10,720 bases of DNA from contig PRDI01000113.1 of the NCBI GenBank assembly GCA_003345595.1, forward strand, positions 1 through 10,720, given 5' to 3'. Origin of the DNA: Candidatus Thorarchaeota archaeon. GTDB lineage: Archaea > Asgardarchaeota > Thorarchaeia > Thorarchaeales > Thorarchaeaceae. Positions 7,515 to 10,720 of this stretch are shown in pieces. Both the position numbers and the translations under genes were made by a program. The notes below the pieces were generated by a model that was given only the letters and a program-made list of their open reading frames with translations, had not been told where the DNA came from and made no database searches. Numbering within the stretch: the first letter of the stretch is position 1; the number at the start of each line of letters is the position of its first letter.

Positions 7515-8170
7515 TGTTGATGCAGGAATTCGAGGCACTGTTTGAAGAGGTCGAGTTCGTTGTGATTGCAGTCGTCGTGCTGCTGCTAGCATATCTTGCA
7601 CTCGAGCACAGAGAGATCGTCTACTCCGTTTTCTTCTTTGGATTCATGGCCGCTAGTGTAGCGGGCTTCTACCTTCTCTTGGAAGCACCTTTCATCGCCG
7701 GTATGCAGATTGCAGTGTACACCGGCGGAATAAGCGCTCTGATCATCTTCGGTGTTCTTCTTCTGCCGCGGGCGCAGGGCTCTTCATTAGAGGTACTACA
7801 GACCCCGCGAATGCGAAGGATAGGCATGATTCTCTCCGCGACTGTCATGACACTCTCAGCAGTCCTCGCTCTGGTTTTTCCTTGGTCTCAGTCCTTTCCG
7901 GCTGACCGTCCGCCTATCGCTCAAGACCTTGCAGGTCTGGCAGCTTGGCTCTGGGGAGAGCATGGGATCTATGTCCAGCTTGTTGCGCTCATGATGCTGA
8001 CTGCCGTCATCGGGTCTGTCGCAATCCTGAAGATGGAGAAGACAGAGAAGCTCAGTCCTCTGAAGGACCGACCCGGACTCGGGTCGCGGGGCAAGGAGAA
8101 CGAAGGCGCTTCCGAAACTAAGGCCCATGATGAGGAGCACCAAGATGCCAAGGAGGCCGGCACCCAATGA
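7511..8170 (+). CDS. nuoJ: NADH:quinone oxidoreductase subunit J-like
   Basis: IVYSVFF..AGFYLLLEAPFIAGMQIAVYTGGISALIIFGVLL signature, five TM helices, GTGA overlap with nuoA. Confidence 0.92.
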   Translation: MMLMQEFEALFEEVEFVVIAVVVLLLAYLALEHREIVYSVFFFGFMAASVAGFYLLLEAPFIAGMQIAVYTGGISALIIFGVLLLPRAQGSSLEVLQTPRMRRIGMILSATVMTLSAVLALVFPWSQSFPADRPPIAQDLAGLAAWLWGEHGIYVQLVALMMLTAVIGSVAILKMEKTEKLSPLKDRPGLGSRGKENEGASETKAHDEEHQDAKEAGTQ

Positions 8171-8487
8171 TACCATTGAGCTGGTACTTGGTCGTGGCCT
8201 TCGTGATGATAGGGCTGGGCGCCTACGGTATGGTGACGAAGAGAAACCTGATTCGAATTCTCATCGGTGCGGAGATAATGGGCAATGGCGTTAACATAGC
8301 GCTGGTCGCCTTCTCGCTTTACAATCCGGTCTTCTCATTCACTGGTCAGGGACTGATTATCCTCGTGATATCAGTGACTGCGGCACATACTGCATTGGCG
8401 TTGGTGTTGATGCTCATGTATCAGACCCGGTACTCGACCGTGGACCTCGGCGAGCCTGTCACTGTGGAGGCACGGAAGAGTGACTGA
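8167..8487 (+). CDS. nuoK: NADH:quinone oxidoreductase subunit K-like
   Basis: GLGAYGMVTKRNLIRILIGAEIMGNGVNIALVAF, GQ motif, three TM helices, ATGA overlap with nuoJ. Confidence 0.92.
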   Translation: MIPLSWYLVVAFVMIGLGAYGMVTKRNLIRILIGAEIMGNGVNIALVAFSLYNPVFSFTGQGLIILVISVTAAHTALALVLMLMYQTRYSTVDLGEPVTVEARKSD

Positions 8488-9019
8488 GCCAACGACAGTC
8501 CCTCAAGGGATGTCCCCGTCAACACTGGCAAAGCACGTGATTGACAGGCACCCGGACGTTTCTGCGAAGGAGCCAGAAGGGAACCGGATTGAGCTGATTG
8601 TGCCGGCTGAGAGGGTTCGTGATGTTGTTGGAATGATAAGCGAGCTTGTGCCCGACGCTCTTCCAGAGTCTCTGTTTGGCGTAGATCTCGGCAATGACCG
8701 ATACGAGGTGATGTACTTCTTCTGGTCACACTCGAACTTGATGTTGTGTCAGCTGCGTGTCACACTTGAGGGCGCCAGTCCAGAGGTTGACTCTGTCTGG
8801 GACATTTTCCCGGGGATGGAGTGGCACGAACGAGAGACCCATGAGATGTTCGGAATCGGGTTCAAGGGTAATCCCGACCTAAGACTGCTCCTGCTTCCCG
8901 ATGAGCTTGACGGCAAGTATCCGCTCAGGAAGAGCTTCAAGACCGACAGGAGTCGACTTGCTGAGTCAGGACTGGCAGAGACCAGACCTACCTCAAAGGA
9001 GAGTGAGACCTCAGGTTGA
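8480..9019 (+). CDS. nuoC: NADH:quinone oxidoreductase subunit C-like
   Basis: GVD..RYEVMY, VDSVWDIFPGMEWHERETHEMFGIGFKGNPDLRLLLLP..GKYPLRKSF signature; GTG start overlaps nuoK by 8 nt. Confidence 0.93.
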   Translation: MTEPTTVPQGMSPSTLAKHVIDRHPDVSAKEPEGNRIELIVPAERVRDVVGMISELVPDALPESLFGVDLGNDRYEVMYFFWSHSNLMLCQLRVTLEGASPEVDSVWDIFPGMEWHERETHEMFGIGFKGNPDLRLLLLPDELDGKYPLRKSFKTDRSRLAESGLAETRPTSKESETSG

Positions 9020-10152
9020 GTGGCAACATTCTCGACGAGGCTGTGGAGGTATGGTTCGGTCCTCAGCACGTTTCAGCTCACGGGTGGGCCACAAAGCTGA
9101 CCATCGTTGGTGACTTCATCGTTGAATGTGACCCTAACGCAGGCTACTTCCATCGGTCAGCAGAGAAGTGTCTTGAGTTCCGCGACTTCCGTCAAGGTGC
9201 GCTCATCATGGAAAGGCTCTGCATGCTTGAAGCATTCCTCGCGGAGTACCCTTACGTGAAGGCGGTTGAGAAGATCGCTGCGCTGGAGGTACCCGAGAGG
9301 GCCAAGGTCATGAGGACAATCATGATGGAGGCCAGCAGGATTCATAGCCTTCAGTTCTGGTGGGGACAATTCGCGGCGGAGCTTGGTCTTTTCGCAATGC
9401 TGCTATGGCCTTGGGTGGACCGTGAGTACTTCCTAGACTCCTTTGAGGAACTGACTGGCTCCAGACATGCTGTGTCGTACAACACCCCGGGAGGAGTCAA
9501 GTATGATTTCACCGAAAAGTCGGTGAAGATGCTCCTGCGTGCACTGGACAGAATCGAGTATCGAATACCTACGTTCCGTGACATGATTTTGAAAAGCCCG
9601 ACTTTCAAGTTGCGGACGAGGAACGTGGGTACATTCACTGCCGAGCAGGGACTGAAATGGGGTCTAAGCGGACCAAACATCAAAGCATGCGGCATTCCTA
9701 TGGACCTTCGCAAGGACGACCCTGACCCCGACCTTGCATACAACATGTGTGACTGGGAGGTCCCGACCACTCAGAGTGAGGAACATCCTGGGGGAAGTGA
9801 TGCCTACGACAGGATGGTCCAGAGATTCAGGGAGATTGAAACATCAATCAGCATTATCAGGCAACTGCTCCCTCAGGTGCCTGAAGGGCCAATAGTCGAT
9901 CCCAAGGCAAGGGCCAAGACCAACAGACTCCCGGCAGGAGAGGCGTATGGCCGCGTCGAGGGCACACGTGGGATAACGACACTCTGGCTGAAGACTGCGG
10001 ACAAGGCACAGACTCCCTATCGAGCCAAGATAAGGGGACCATGCTTCTCCTCATACTATTCTCTCAAGCATCTTGTTCCGGGCTCCACATTTGCAGACTT
10101 CATTGTGATATTCGGAAGCTTGGATCCATATCCTGGGTGGTGGGACAGATGA
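9016..10152 (+). CDS. nuoD: NADH:quinone oxidoreductase subunit D-like / MBS(MbxL)-like large subunit without NiFe site
   Basis: FGPQHVSAHG, GYFHRSAEK, EVPERAK..RTIMMEASRI, FEELTGSR...PGGV, GEAYGRVEGTRG, PYRAKIRGP, terminal SLDPYPGWWDR. No CxxC pairs. TTGA overlap with nuoC. Confidence 0.92.
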   Translation: MSGNILDEAVEVWFGPQHVSAHGWATKLTIVGDFIVECDPNAGYFHRSAEKCLEFRDFRQGALIMERLCMLEAFLAEYPYVKAVEKIAALEVPERAKVMRTIMMEASRIHSLQFWWGQFAAELGLFAMLLWPWVDREYFLDSFEELTGSRHAVSYNTPGGVKYDFTEKSVKMLLRALDRIEYRIPTFRDMILKSPTFKLRTRNVGTFTAEQGLKWGLSGPNIKACGIPMDLRKDDPDPDLAYNMCDWEVPTTQSEEHPGGSDAYDRMVQRFREIETSISIIRQLLPQVPEGPIVDPKARAKTNRLPAGEAYGRVEGTRGITTLWLKTADKAQTPYRAKIRGPCFSSYYSLKHLVPGSTFADFIVIFGSLDPYPGWWDR

Positions 10153-10720
10153 TGGGAGGCGGCATCTTGCTCCAGATCGACTTCATTGCATGGCTCAGGG
10201 GGATACCGGATTGGCTGTATGGTGTGATCAGATGGATCTATGGAATCATCTACGCCCTGTTTACTTGGGTATGGGGCCTGTTCGTCTGGATCTGGGCAGT
10301 CGTCATAGACAGCTTTTGGTTCCTGTTCAAGGCAATCCTGTTTCCCGGCCTGATCTTTGTGGTGTTGGGAATCATATTCGCAGTCTGGTTCACTCGAAAG
10401 ACATGGGGACGCGTACAGGCAAGGCGTGGACCGTTCCACATAGGAAAGTACGGAGGCCTTCAGCTCTTCGCGGATGCAATCAAGCTTGTAGCGAAGGAAA
10501 CGATAATTCCCGACAAGGCTAAGCGGTGGATGTACAGGGTGCTTCCGTCCCTTCTCCTCATTGCGGTTCTGATCCCATTTGCGTTCATACCTTGGGACAA
10601 CAACTCGTTCATTGCCGACCTGTCTGTGAGCCTTGTGCTGACCTTTGCATTCCTCACAGTCGTGCCTGTGGTTTCAGTGCTGGCAGGTTGGACCAGTGGA
10701 TCGAAGTACACTCTCATTGG
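10149..10720 (+). CDS. nuoH: NADH:quinone oxidoreductase subunit H-like, truncated by window edge
   Basis: Manual translation is open to the end: ...FPGLIF..VWFTRKTWGRVQARRGPFHIGKYGGLQLFADAIKLVAKETIIP..FAFIPW..ADLSVS..LAGWTSGSKYTLIG. Start is ATG 10149 (ATGA overlap) or TTG 10167 (GGAGG at 10155-10159). Not in the ORF track. Confidence 0.93.
   Translation, partial: MMGGGILLQIDFIAWLRGIPDWLYGVIRWIYGIIYALFTWVWGLFVWIWAVVIDSFWFLFKAILFPGLIFVVLGIIFAVWFTRKTWGRVQARRGPFHIGKYGGLQLFADAIKLVAKETIIPDKAKRWMYRVLPSLLLIAVLIPFAFIPWDNNSFIADLSVSLVLTFAFLTVVPVVSVLAGWTSGSKYTLI
10191..10307 (+). repeat. Degenerate 7-aa (21-nt) Trp repeat in the NuoH N-terminal extension
   Basis: WLRGIPD / WLYGVIR / WIYGIIY / (ALFT) / WVWGLFV / WIWAVVI. 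Confidence 0.6.

Noticed and set aside
9006-9016. AGACCTCAGGT here and on the minus strand at about 6866-6876, both just before start codons
   Set aside because: A short match that includes SD-like AGGT and lies inside coding sequence; most likely coincidence.
8480-10152. Interpretation as a group 4 [NiFe]-hydrogenase (Ech/Hyc/Mbh)
   Set aside because: The large subunit has neither CxxC pair, and the small-subunit domain has tandem CC, not CxxC.
10056-10717. ORF-track calls 10056-10439(-), 10190-10522(+), 10250-10441(-), 10460-10717(-)
   Set aside because: They overlap the true nuoH frame, which the track missed because it runs off the window.
1-10720. tRNA/rRNA, CRISPR arrays, IS elements, selenocysteine recoding
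   Set aside because: No repeat-spacer arrays, transposase motifs, terminal inverted repeats, tRNA-like folds or in-frame TGA at Cys positions seen by eye.

Overview
Gene-dense, probably archaeal window (archaeal-style SD and TATA-like elements, MBS/Fpo-like subunits; the lineage cannot be fixed from sequence alone). It encodes an unusual respiratory complex I-like system. Left: a minus-strand HdrD/GlcF-type Fe-S protein (two ferredoxin motifs, two intact CCG domains; it runs off the window and is missing from the ORF track). It is transcribed divergently from a 646-aa ORF in which a complete GlcD/D-lactate-dehydrogenase-family FAD domain is fused, via an amphipathic linker, to a complete NuoB (cluster N2) domain. 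A small membrane protein follows. Middle: an ABC ATPase plus permease with a three-half-site palindromic operator candidate, then a convergent small membrane protein. Right: a translationally coupled nuoA-J-K-C-D-H(partial) operon with no nuoB in its usual slot. NuoD lacks the NiFe ligands and the quinone-binding Tyr and keeps only one MBS-like Cys. NuoK, NuoA and NuoH carry substitutions at conserved acidic residues. Main inference: an ion-translocating complex I/MBS relative hard-wired to a flavoprotein (plus an HdrD-like partner), with a non-canonical donor or acceptor.
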